Both the position numbers and the translations under genes were made by a program. A stretch of DNA of 50,862 nucleotides, the filler included, from Catajapyx aquilonaris (Eukaryota), in the NCBI GenBank assembly GCA_000934665.2. It is 2 parts of 2 records of this genome, joined end to end, with 100 filler letters (N's around TTAATTAATTAA, not from the genome) between each part and the next. Parts side by side here need not be neighbours in the genome. Positions count along the whole stretch, not along the records: positions 25,614 to 50,862 come from KZ539347.1; 1 more part is not named here. One strand, 5' to 3'. Under the pieces are notes generated by a model that was not told the DNA's origin, made no database searches, and saw nothing but the letters and a program-made list of their open reading frames with translations. The first letter of the stretch is position 1, and each line of letters starts with the position of its first letter. Positions 33,908 through 44,120 of this stretch are shown here, in pieces.

Positions 33908-36900
33908 GGTAGTCGAAGGAAAAGCTGAACCTGGAAGATATCCTTTCATGATTACAAAGGCAAGTGTATAACCATGAAGGTCGTAGCTACACTGGTCATA
34001 GTGATTCTTTACTAGGGCAGTTTTGATTTTGCTTCCCCTTCTGCAGTGGCTGCCTATTTCTTAATACAGTCAACTCCTGATGTAACAGACATGAATGGAC
34101 CTCAAAAATCTGTCTGCTATAACTGAAGTCTGTTATAGCCTAATACGCAGGCCATATACGGAAGTATGGCGGGACCATCAGCCTTTCGAGTCTGCTACAA
34201 CGGAAGCTGTTATATTCGGAGTCAACTGTATATAATTTTTAAAAAAATATTACAGCTTGAAAACATTTTATAATAATAATAATAATAATGGATACCCTGT
34301 GATAGGCCCCTTGGGCCTCTTAGGGGATCATCTTTTGAATAACCGATTTTAATCATTTGCCTGTAATGTGATGGATTTTGATAGTGGGAGGAAACGAGAG
34401 AACCCCGAGAAAACCCACGCGAACACGGAGAGAACCCATCGAAACTCTATCCACATAAGTATCCTCCGTCCGACCCGGGGATCGAACTCTGGACCTTAGA
34501 GGTGGAAGGCTGCGGCGCTAACCGCTCGGCCACCGTGTCGCCCTACATGTTATAATAATGTAACATATTATCAATGTGTCAATGGTTCAAGTTACCTGAG
34601 TAGATGAGAATGTGTATTTATGAAAATGTTTTAACTTCAGTACTGTACATCTACCACTAGGTGAAGATCCGACATCCTCATGTAAAGAAGGCTAAGATCC
34701 TACTGGAAAAAGTTGGACTTATCAATGTGGTGGAGGAGCCAGATAAGGATCCATTCAATGTGTCCAATGATGAATATTATCTGCCCAAGTCTGAGTCGTC
34801 ACTCAGGATTAGTGCTGAAGGGAATCTGATCCAGCACTCCACTCCTGTTGTGGAGCTTCGGTCTCCCTTTGTGCCCACACATATGGGTCCTATGAAGCTT
34901 CGCAATTTCCATCGCCCACCGATGAAGAAATTCTCACATGGTCCTATGGCGAATAATGGAGAACATCAAGTCATTCCCCTTCTGGAGCACATAAGGAAAA
35001 AGGCTGAGGTGAGCTTCTAAAAACAGCAAAATTTATAATAAAACTGAGGATTTTATTTTTATTTTCATCCATCCATTGCAACTTTTTGGTGGCATAAACT
35101 GCCTCTCCATGTGGCATATTAAGCATTGGGGCAGAAATAAATTTGTAGGCAAGTGATTGTAGCATGATGTTACAATGCTTTAGTATTTAGTCCATTACCT
35201 TCCACCTTGGAGATATTGGATGGATTGCAAAGGTAGGGACCGGGCTGCCGTTTAAACAATGTCTCTGGTTGTTATGATGGCGTTTGGATGAGCCAGAGTT
35301 TAAAACTGATACAGATGTGCCTCAAAGGTGGTTTTACCTGTGGATAAAAATAACAGCCACAACAATCATGACTGTGACCTTGTTCTTGATCAATTTGGGC
35401 TTCTTTGGCACCAAACACTATCACCAATATCTGCACCAGGGACCCTGTTAGAGTTCTGAGCTATACATGACCAGGTATAACACAATACTGTTGCATAATT
35501 TTGAAGGCAATACAACTTCGAGAAATCAGGCACATATTTCAGTAGTGCACAGTGCAAGGGAGCCTGTGGCTAGAAGGTAGACTCTGGAAGATGTGGACGC
35601 CGCAACCGATCCATCCGCATCTGTGACTGTGACTATGGCTGTGTAGATTAATGTTCCTATAAACCACATGAACCTAACCTACCTGGTCATATACTACATA
35701 GACCCTGAAAACATCCTGTGAAGGACCAAAAACAATAATCAGGCAGAATTTCTATGTATCTTGAACTTTAATGGACTGCTAGAAAAACCCTTAATACACT
35801 CGAATTTTTCTATGGCGCAGGCGTAGAAAACCGCTCGCTTCGCTCACGTTTTTCTAAGCCTGCGGTGGACACCGCATTTTAAATCGCTTCCGAATTATAG
35901 CCAGTGATGATGCCCATCCCCATCATATGTGTATCATATGTGTATTCCCCACCCCCCCCACCCGTTCCTCCATCCGTGATTCTGTACTAATATCCGTGAT
36001 TCCGTACTACCTTGCGAACTGTCTGAAATCCCACCTTTGCGTTGGCTGGGAAATATGCATATGCCAACCCCAACATGTCCATACCTTTGGAATTTTAAAA
36101 AACCAAAATTATCGTATGAATGGAAATTCACAACTTCTACTCCTGCTATACTCGCATGCACTCGCACATGTATCTACGTATTTATATGCACACTTTCTGA
36201 CCACATTTTTCTAACTGCTCATAACTCCCCTGTATTATACATGTTCATGGAACTCAGCAGTGTTTGTATTAGAATGAGATAATCAAACACTGGTTTCATT
36301 CTCCCCGACACTTTCTTTTGATGTTCTCGACCTATCCTCGGGTTCAGTGTTGAATATCGCGCCCAATCCTGCTTACCCACTCTCCCTGCTGGGGTGCCAG
36401 GAAGGACCTTGTTTAAAAAAACTGAAATTATTTTACTTTGTTTATTAAAGGACCATGGAGTTGGCACCACTGATAAACAACACCCCGACCGTATCATGTT
36501 CGGTGTGTTTACGGCGTTCCATTCTCCCCTCCCCTCCCCTGTTGTGAGGTCACCATCACGACGTGGGTGCAGGAAGATGGAAGGGTAGAGGGGTGTTCAT
36601 GGGAGATGAGATGTGTCCTCATTGACATCCAGCAAGCGACTGTGGCGTTCTTCCACCCGTTGCGCATGCTCGGAACGGGGGCCAATCGGAGGCGTCATGG
36701 TAACAATATGTCCAGGAAACAATAAACGGGGGCCAATGGGGAGGTGGCAGTAACAATGTGCTGCGGACCAATCAGAAGTCATATTCATACACGATGACTA
36801 CGGTTTTAATATTATAGATTCTCCCAGCCAGTGCCCTACTACCAGGCCTATCAATTCCTGCCCCCATGAAAAAAAATTATTTAACAGTATAATTTTATTT

Positions 36901-37814
36901 CATTCATTGTATTTATGACCTGAGTTATTTTGGTAATCTTGTGGGTGCAAAATACTCATCACATTTTTATCGTACCTTCCCTGGGGACTGCAGCAACGTG
37001 AGCAAGAGCGAATGGCTTCAGGAGGTGGGGATGTGTTCTTCATGCGCACAGCAGATGACTTAACTGGTCGTGATGGTGATTTGATATTGGTTGAATACTG
37101 CGAAGAGCACCCTCCATTGGTGATGCAAGTGGGCATGTGCTCAAAGATGACAAACTACTACAAACACAAGGCTGGGAATGTCCTAGGTCCCCCTGAGTAC
37201 CGCTATGGTGAGACTGCATATGCCCATACATCCCCATTCCTGGGGGCTCTACATCCAGGCCAGTCCATACAGGCGATTGAAAACAACATGTTCAGGTCAC
37301 CCATCTATGAGCACAACGTGCCTGAGTCAGACTTCCTCCTCATCCGCACCAGGTATTTGATAAAAATTTAAAGAAATGCCTTGATTATATCAGTATTTTA
37401 AAAATGTGGTGACCATTCATCTCTCATGTCCTATTTGCATTTTGCCTTCATCTCGTAGATCTTTGAAATTTTTTGCCTTTACCTAATAAGCACGTGTTTG
37501 GGTTTTTCTTGGTGATTTATTTTCATCATTGTGTGTGTGTGTGCCCAACAGGACCAACTACTTTGTCCGGGAAGTCGATGGCCTCTTCTCTGGTGGTCAG
37601 CAGTGCCCCCTGTATGAGGTCCCTCGCCCAAACTCCAAGCGTGCCAACAACTTTGTGCGTGACTTTATTGAAGTTTTCATTTACCGCTTGTTCTGGAAGA
37701 GCAGGGACACACCTTGCCGAATCAAGATGGATGATATCAAGCATGCCTTCCCTTCTCATTCTGAAAGCAGCATTAGGAAGAAGCTAAATCTTTGTGCAGA
37801 TTTTAAAAGGACAG
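29076..37814 (+). CDS. TAF1: TAF1-like (TFIID subunit 1), four internal exons only; diverged copy
   Basis: Exons 29076-29633 ([17 protein letters not shown]...[15 protein letters not shown]), 34661-35008 ([11 protein letters not shown]...IQHSTP...KLRNFHRP), 36994-37352 ([10 protein letters not shown]...EYCEEHPPL...[12 protein letters not shown]), 37552-37814 ([13 protein letters not shown]...HSESSIRK...CADFKRTG). Introns are GT-AG with consistent phases and no stops. Covers the start of DUF3591; 5' and 3' exons are not seen in the window. Confidence 0.88.
30245..30935. repeat. Complex tandem repeat (CGAGTCTATTATAAC / CGAGTATACTATATC 15-mers in longer repeated units), interrupted by a SINE
   Basis: Recurring GCATG(G/C)AGGCAAACT...GTTACAG and 15-nt units at 30245-30415 and 30770-30935. 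Confidence 0.7.
30414..30769 (-). mobile_element. tRNA-derived SINE, family A
   Basis: Reverse complement of the family A head (GGGATCGAACCCGGGACCTTAA...TTACCGC) and body (GGGGATGTGCAAAGTGCA). Confidence 0.8.
31025..31135. repeat. ~26-bp tandem repeat, 4 copies
   Basis: CACCATGCATGTGTCCAGACTTT-type unit repeated four times. Confidence 0.75.
31801..31870. repeat. (AAGT)n microsatellite
   Basis: Uninterrupted AAGT run. Confidence 0.95.
32316..32637 (-). mobile_element. tRNA-derived SINE, family A, with 15-bp TSD
   Basis: Family A head and body; TSD ATCAGCCTAACAGTT at 32301-32315 and 32638-32652. Confidence 0.88.
33142..33648. mobile_element. pogo/Tigger-like non-autonomous element
   Basis: Starts TA|CAGTAAAACTTC; repeated TTCGAGTTA subterminal motifs at both ends; decayed right TIR GAAGTTTATT. 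Confidence 0.6.
33661..33905 (+). mobile_element. tRNA-derived SINE, family E (V-domain-like)
   Basis: Head GGGCGACACGGTGGCG...GAGTTCGATCCC; central GGGTTTTCTCGGGGTCCTCCAGTTTCCTCCCAC; A/(TA)n tail. Confidence 0.78.
34067..34228. mobile_element. Tc1/mariner/pogo-type MITE
   Basis: TA|CAGTCAACTCC ... GGAGTCAACTG|TA imperfect TIRs. Confidence 0.65.
34270..34544 (-). mobile_element. tRNA-derived SINE, family E (V-domain-like), inverted relative to the 33661 copy
   Basis: The reverse strand reads GGGCGACACGGTGGCCGAGCGGTTAGCG...GAGTTCGATCCC...GTTCTCTCCGTGTTCGCGTGGGTTTTCTCGGGG...GTTTCCTCCCAC, with a (TAT)n tail and approximate TSD ACAT(T/G)TTATAATAAT. Confidence 0.82.
35780..36820 (+). mobile_element. 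Possible non-autonomous Helitron/Helentron-type element
   Basis: 5' hairpin CGCAGGCGTAGAAAA..CGCTTCGCT..TTTTCTAAGCCTGCG and 3' end TTTTAATATTATAGATT, similar to rolling-circle non-autonomous elements; boundaries approximate. Confidence 0.35.
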
Positions 37815-37873
37815 GTCAGATAGCACTTTATTTTAACTGTTTTTTTTTACACAGGTACCAGACCTATATTTTG

Positions 37874-38999
37874 ATAAGAGCAAAAACATTCCCTTCAGTG
37901 ATAAAAAGGGTAGTAAGACCTCCGTGGCGGAATGAAAGTACTGAAACAAGGCAGGCGCACGCAAGACCTTCACCAATTGATTTAAGCTGTACCACAGGTC
38001 TTACTCAAGCAATTACCAATTTACTACTCATGAATACTCCTTTCTGAAAACAAATTTGTGGAATTTTTGTCGTACTACTAGTTACTTCTAACTTAGCAGT
38101 ACCAATGTACTGCAATGGTACTGCTAAGTTAGCAGTAACTATAGACCTATAGTTAATAGTAATAGTAGTACGACGACCGAGGCAGTTTGGAGTAGGGGAT
38201 AAGGTGTCCGACTGCTAATCGGGAGGTCCTGGTATCAAATCCTGGGGCCGGCAACTCTGACCGTGGTTTTCTGTGGTTTCCCACGGTCCTTCCAGGAAAA
38301 TTTCAGAGTTGTTTCCGTAATTAACAGGCCACAGCCGCTTCCTTCCGTCCCTATCCCATCCCAAAAAGTGCAGTAAAATGAAAGCAAAGAGTTCCAGGCA
38401 AAAGAAAACTTCCCCCCTAAAGAGCCGAAAAAGGCTGATAACAGGGTATGAATTATGAATTATTATTAGTATTATTATTATTAATAGTAGTATGACGAAA
38501 ATTCCACCCATTAATTTCCATGAGCCACTCCATATTAGTGTTTTATTAAATTAGGAACTTCAATATTAAGCACACTGAAATTCTATACGATTGGTGCGAA
38601 TTATTGCCATGAAACATTCATGCAGAATCGTCACCTCTTTTGGATGCTGATTTTAACTCTTAATGTTTAATTTTTCACATATGAAACGTTAATTGATGAA
38701 TTTTAGAGGGTCTTTTTCGATTGGACCAAGTCTGTTATGATGGGTTTAGATTTTTCCCCCCATTTTTTTATTTTCAAAATAAAATCCTACCTACTGCTCT
38801 GACTGCTGTGAGTAGTTTGCAGCAGTAATTTTTTACGAGCTGTTCCGTACAGTACTTGAGAATTGCTTGAGTAAGACCTATGGTACAGCTTAAATCAATT
38901 GGTGAAGGTCTTACGTGCGTCTGCCTTGTTTCAGTACTTTCATTCTGATGGAGGTCTTACTACCCTTTTTATCACTGAAGGGAATGTTTTTGCTCTTAT
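37874..38999. mobile_element. Non-autonomous DNA transposon with ~140-bp TIRs, containing a SINE
   Basis: ATAAGAGCAAAAACATTCCCTTCAGTGATAAAAAGGGTAGTAAGACCTCC...CTCAAGCAATT (37874-38013) is mirrored at 38861-38999. Confidence 0.82.
38177..38482 (+). mobile_element. tRNA-derived SINE, family F
   Basis: tRNA-like head with degenerate B box GGTATCAAATCC; central GGTTTTCTGTGGTTTCCC...CCAGG...GGCCACAGCCGCTTCCTTCC block typical of arthropod SINEs; (TAT)n tail; TSD AATAGTAGTA(C/T)GACGA. Confidence 0.75.
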
Positions 39000-39017
39000 T
39001 TAAGCTCATTTTTTAAA

Positions 39018-39663
39018 CCCCTTCGCATTACCAGATATACCACCATCGCCTAGGTTGTCGCTTACACGTACTCTGAAGACAAGGACAAGATATTTTACAA
39101 ATAATAACAGCTACAGTGATACATGTATCATATCGTACTAACACATTTATGCTCTACACTACAGTCTGCACTATGAATGTATTGGAGTAGCTTTCGTAGC
39201 TTAGAAGTCCCTAAAATGATTTTCACTGAGGTAGTCGTAAAAAACGAAATCGTTCGAGGGCTACCAGCCAACGGTTAGTCTGATTTAATTATGAAATAGC
39301 AGGGGAGACGTAGTGGCGCCGCGGTAACGTGCGCGCCCACGGATGTTAAGGTCCCGGGTTCGATCCCAGCCCGGTGACACCCCCTTCATCTCGTGCAAAG
39401 TTCAGGGTCACCTCTGGCTTCGTCTCGGGTGGTATTTCCTACAGACTAAACCACCCGGGGGAGTTCACTAAAAATGGCCACAGCGTCAGATTCACTGCAC
39501 TTTGCACATCCCCTCCTGTCATCCTGCCCGTGGGCCCGGGCGCTTCAAAAATAGGATTCCCAAAAATTGTACACCATCTAAAATAGAGGTCTGGCAGAAG
39601 GCCCCTTTGGGGCTAGCCGAATACCCAATCAATTATTATTATAATAATTATAATTATAATTAT

Positions 39664-39745
<82 letters not shown>

Positions 39746-40502
39746 GAAATAGCCTATATGCTAAAATATACGGAATATATACATTGAGAACTGTACCAGA
39801 CGAATTTGCTGAAATCGTGGTACTTTGCAAGAATTAAATCAATACTTATCTGCGGCTTGCCTCCGACACATCTGAAAACTTCCAAACTTATTTAATTTTC
39901 GTGAAGTGCGACGATTTCAGGTTAGGTTGGTTTATTAGGAAGAAACCAAAGCCACTGTGGCTATCTGGCTATAGAAGACGCAAAGGTGGGACAGATGCAG
40001 AGAGAAACGAAGAGGAAAAAGAAGAGAAGAAAGACTGGTATGTATCTCTCTTAATCTGTCTCCTATCCCAAAGACCTGCCCGGCTTGGGGGGCCCTACCA
40101 GTAGACGAAGCTACCGCCGGCATAGGTCATGGGAGAAACGCAAACCCCATCACCATGATAAGGTGGAGATACCATCGGGGGGGCGACGATTTCAGCAAAT
40201 TCGTGTGGCGTGTTTCTCAAGGTAGATATTCTGCATCGGTCCCGGGTCTAATACCTACGGAAAAAATACCGGACGGGATAAAATACCGACGGGAAAAAAG
40301 TGGAAAGGTATATGTTCTGTGTATACTTTTGGTAATAAAGCTGTCGGAAATTTATTCTGTCTGTATTATGTCTTTCGGTATTACGTACCAGACCCATTCT
40401 GCATATACTGTAGCATAATTTCATAATTAAATCAGCGTAAGAGTTGGCGGGTAATACCTGGTGATGACAATGGCAATGGCGATATAGCAGGTAGCGAAGG
40501 GG
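39018..40502. mobile_element. piggyBac-like foldback element (family D) with nested insertions
   Basis: Termini CCCCTTCGC...GCGAAGGGG|TTAA; arms homologous to 31395-32914. Confidence 0.75.
39301..39737 (+). mobile_element. tRNA-derived SINE, family A, with 16-bp TSD and long (AAT)n/(TAT)n tail
   Basis: A box GTGGCGCCGCGG, B box GGTTCGATCCC; TSD TTAATTATGAAATAGC at 39285-39300 and 39738-39753. Confidence 0.9.
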
Positions 40503-40511
40503 TTAATAGTA

Positions 40512-40940
40512 CAGTTGCATCCAGATAAAATAAACTTCAAGAGACCGCGGAAAGAGTATGTTATAACCGAGGTCTGTTATAGCCAAATCGTCAGGCAATG
40601 AAAACAGAGATTTCTGCTTTCAATATGGCTGCAATATGCACTACTAGACTACATACCGATTAATGAAAAATGTCAAAAATGTAATATTAGCTCACCCGAA
40701 AATTATGAAGGACCAAAATATCATTTTTTTTTCTGCCGTCTCCTTTGTGCAAATTTTGTACCTGGAAAACTATATTTTCCCACCGAGGGCCAAGAAATGC
40801 TGTTATACCCGAGGTGAGGTGAAAATGAGTCCTTTAATCAGGAGTAAAATACACAGGGCCCTATGGAAGCATGCCGGGACCGGCCTTTATAACCAAAAGT
40901 TCGTAGTTATAGCCGAGGCTGTTATATGCAGATTCAACTG
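40512..40940. mobile_element. pogo/Tigger-like MITE
   Basis: TA|CAGTTGCATC ... GATTCAACTG|TA with GTTATAACCGAGG subterminal repeats. Confidence 0.65.
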
Positions 40941-41832
40941 TAATAAGTACAATCCATTCACCCCAGAGCAGCGGGGTAACATTTCGCTAACAATATGGCG
41001 AGGTGTAAATAAGAATTGACATTGCTAGGTGATGGAATCATGAGCAAATGAAGTATTTGACGGAAAAAAATTGGTGAAAAAAATCATAATGTAAATCCTA
41101 CAACAGGTGGAACTTTCAGGTTTTGAACATAGATCCGCACCATCCTACTGCGCATTCTGCCATTTGAAGAAGAAACCGAATTCCAAATAGTTATGGAGCA
41201 AAAAAATAAAAACCTATTTTTTAGTGGTTTTTAATTTTTTGCGGCGTTTTGAAGAGGGATTGAGTTTAGCTGCAAATTGTAGGAATGCACTTCATGACGG
41301 TGGGGATCTGTGTTCAAAATTTGGAAGCTCTACCTACAGCAGAACTTGAGTTAGGACGAATAAAAAAACCGTAACAAGAACAAGAGGATGTTGAAAATTG
41401 TTGCACGGTCTTACTTAGGGGCTCTCGACCCTAAAATATTCAATAACACTTCATTTTATTGGTTTGAAAATATTGCAAGTTGTTGAAAAAATTGACATGA
41501 TTGACTTCACCCTTTCAATCCTATCCAAAGGAAATCGCACATGTTTGAAAGTATTGTTTTAAAAATATATATGTTAGGCTCAAACCCCGAGAACGGTCAT
41601 TGAGCGAAAAAACGAGCATTTTGCGAAATGTTCTTTTCAAAATGGGCAGATTGCAAAATGCTCATTTTAAAAAGACTGTAATGCTTTTCTGGACTACACA
41701 AAAATGTCAGGATGCTAAATTAGTGTCGTGGCCTTGGTCGTAGCTGGTTCAAAAAAGGCCATAACGCGCTGTGGCAGTTTCTTGTTACCCACTACGCCAT
41801 GTAGATGCTGGAAATAAATCAGCCTAGTGTTA

Positions 41833-42180
41833 TTATTATTTTTTTAATATAATTGTGGGGGTAGTGCTTCACCTTTCGGCGTTCGGCACGGACCTTTATT
41901 ATTTGATCCTACATAGTGTACAAGTTGGAGCCATTGAGAAGCGCCCGGGCCCACGGGCAGGATGACAGGAGGGGATGTGCAAGTGCAGTGCATCTGACGT
42001 GGTGGCCATTTTTAGTGAACTCCCCCGGGTGGTTTAGTCTGTGGAAATACCACCCGAGACAAAGCCAGAGGTGACCCTGAACTCTGCACGAGATGAAGGG
42101 GGTGTCCCCGGGTTGGGATCGAACCCGGGACCTTAACATCCGTGGGCGCATACGTTACCGCAGCACCACTCCGTCTCCCC
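41833..42180 (-). mobile_element. tRNA-derived SINE, family A, with 18-bp TSD
   Basis: TSD TAAATCAGCCTAGTGTTA at 41815-41832 and 42181-42198. Confidence 0.9.
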
Positions 42181-42266
42181 TAAATCAGCCTAGTGTTAAC
42201 ACTAAGGTGATTTCTGAACCAGCCACGACACTAATTTCGTGTCTGACATTTTTGTATAGTCCAGAA

Positions 42267-42586
42267 CACAGACTAGTATCTCAGGACTGGTCACTCCCCC
42301 TCTTATCGCGTTGGGAGGGAAGCGGGGAGGTAATGCTCTACGGAACCACAGGTGGAGCACTGATCAGAGCCCAGACCGAAGAGAAGCACATCGTGTCGAT
42401 GCCATCAATGATTAGTTTGAAAGTTCGAAGAGGACGCGCTCAGTGGTTTAAATAAGATGCGATGTGCTCGCTTCGTTCTGGGCTCTGATCAGCTCGCCGC
42501 CTGTGGTTCCAAAGTGCATTACCTCCCCGGTTCCCTCCCAACGCGATAAGGGGGGAAGTGACCAGTCCTTACATATCTAGTCCGTG
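42267..42586. mobile_element. Foldback MITE with 8-bp TSD (P- or hAT-like)
   Basis: Termini CACAGACTAG...CTAGTCCGTG, inverted arms of about 125 bp, TSD GTCCAGAA at 42259-42266 and 42587-42594. Confidence 0.85.
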
Positions 42587-42874
42587 GTCCAGAAAAGTGT
42601 TCTGGCCTTTTCTTAAAGATCATTTCGGGGTCTGCCGATTTTAAAATCAACATTTCGCGAAGTGGATGGTTTGAAAAGGAGCATTCCGTGATCTACCTGT
42701 TTTGAAAATAGTCCAGTGCAAATAGCATTTTACCTGGACATTTAGAGTGACTAAACGGAACTTGGGGTATATGTTCAATTGAGCCCCCTGAACAATATCT
42801 GAAAGATCCCAAGTGATCCCGCATCCTGCAATCCTGTAATCCTGCAAAAACTGTAACATACCTGCAGTTTTCCT

Positions 42875-43211
42875 AATGGGAGGCGGAGTGCTGCTGCGGT
42901 AACATATGCGCCCACGGGTGTTAAGGTCCCCGGTTCGAACACAACCCGGGGACACCCCCTTCATCTTGTATCTTAACTTCATCTCGGGTGGAATCTCCTT
43001 AGACTAATTTACCCGGGGGAGCTCACAAAATGACCACATTTCAGACAAGGCACTGCACTTGCACATCCCCTCCTGCATCCCAACCTGCCCTTGGGCCCGG
43101 GTGTAGAAAAAAAAGGATTCCAAATTGTAACACCTCAAAAAAATAAATAAAGGTCTGGCTGAAAACCCCTAAGGGGTACGCCTATCACCCATTATTATTT
43201 AAAAAATATAT
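42875..43211 (+). mobile_element. tRNA-derived SINE, family A, with 16-bp TSD
   Basis: B box GGTTCGAAC and family A body; TSD TACCTGCAGTTTTCCT at 42859-42874 and 43212-43227. Confidence 0.86.
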
Positions 43212-43244
43212 TACCTGCAGTTTTCCTTGAACCCGCATAGAAAG

Positions 43245-43944
43245 TGTGGCGGTGGCCCACCCAGGAAGAAGAGAAACGGAAGTAAAACGTAAAAGGGAGA
43301 TCGGACCGGGAACAACAGCCAAGGGCAAGTCAACAAGGAGCCATAGCCTAGAGTAATGGAATGAATCCTGTTGGCTTGCCTAGTGACCTATAACCCGGAA
43401 GTAGAAGGGAAAGCCATACGGTTTGGACCCACAAGGACCCCCAAACCCAGAAAAATAGAAGAGAAACTAAATGTATCAGGCTCGATATAAGGAGCGAGAA
43501 TCGGCCAGTTCGGGTCGAGAGAGTCGGAACGAAGAGTCGGAAGTTGAGCGTGCAAAGTCGAGCGTGCAACGTCGGAGGAACGGTCCGGACAAGTCCAGAG
43601 GCACGGGAGGAGAGTCCCGAAGATATTCCTGCAACCCGAGAGACGCCGGCGCCTGTACCAGCATCGTGAGTATGGGAATGTCAGTACTGTGTACGCGTCA
43701 CCAGTGAAGGCCTGGTCCCATGTCCGGCCATAAGCAGGGGTGGTCATCCTATGTACAGTGTCTGTAATGCTCATAACAATGATGTCATGTGTCGTTCAAT
43801 AAATGTGTCTTGAGGAACTCGCCTTGATTAAGAGTGTCCCAACCCACTCCATACTGGAGAACCCGGTGGGCATCCGAACCTATCCCGAACCCATCCTTAA
43901 TCCTTAATCCCAATCATAAATCCCCTAACTGACCAGACGTCACA
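43245..43944 (+). repeat. 5' LTR (~700 bp)
   Basis: TGTGGCG...CGTCACA inverted termini, AATAAA at 43798-43803, immediately followed by a PBS. The left boundary is inferred because there is no second LTR to compare. Confidence 0.72.
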
Positions 43945-43945
43945 A

Positions 43946-43965
43946 TGGCGCAGCCCTGTAGGATT
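43946..43965 (+). promoter_or_regulatory. Primer-binding site, tRNA-Ser-like
   Basis: TGGCGCAGCCCTGTAGGATT lies one base after the LTR-terminal CA and is close to the complement of an insect tRNA-Ser 3' end (TGGCGCAGYCGGTAGGATT, from memory). Confidence 0.75.
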
Positions 43966-44120
43966 TATAATCAAGGCGAGAATGTTCGGACACAATATTG
44001 AACAGGTGACAATTGGCCCGGATAGGATTAGGCAGGAAAGGAAAGTAGGTGCAGAGGATTAGTGGGAGGTGCATTTTGGAAGGACATTGTGTTACGCTGT
44101 TTTCTTGAATTTTTGCAAAC

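Noticed and set aside
39301..39380. tRNA gene (also at 28454, 33661, 38177 and other copies)
   Set aside because: The A/B boxes run into a shared non-tRNA body, simple-repeat tail and TSDs, so these are SINE heads.
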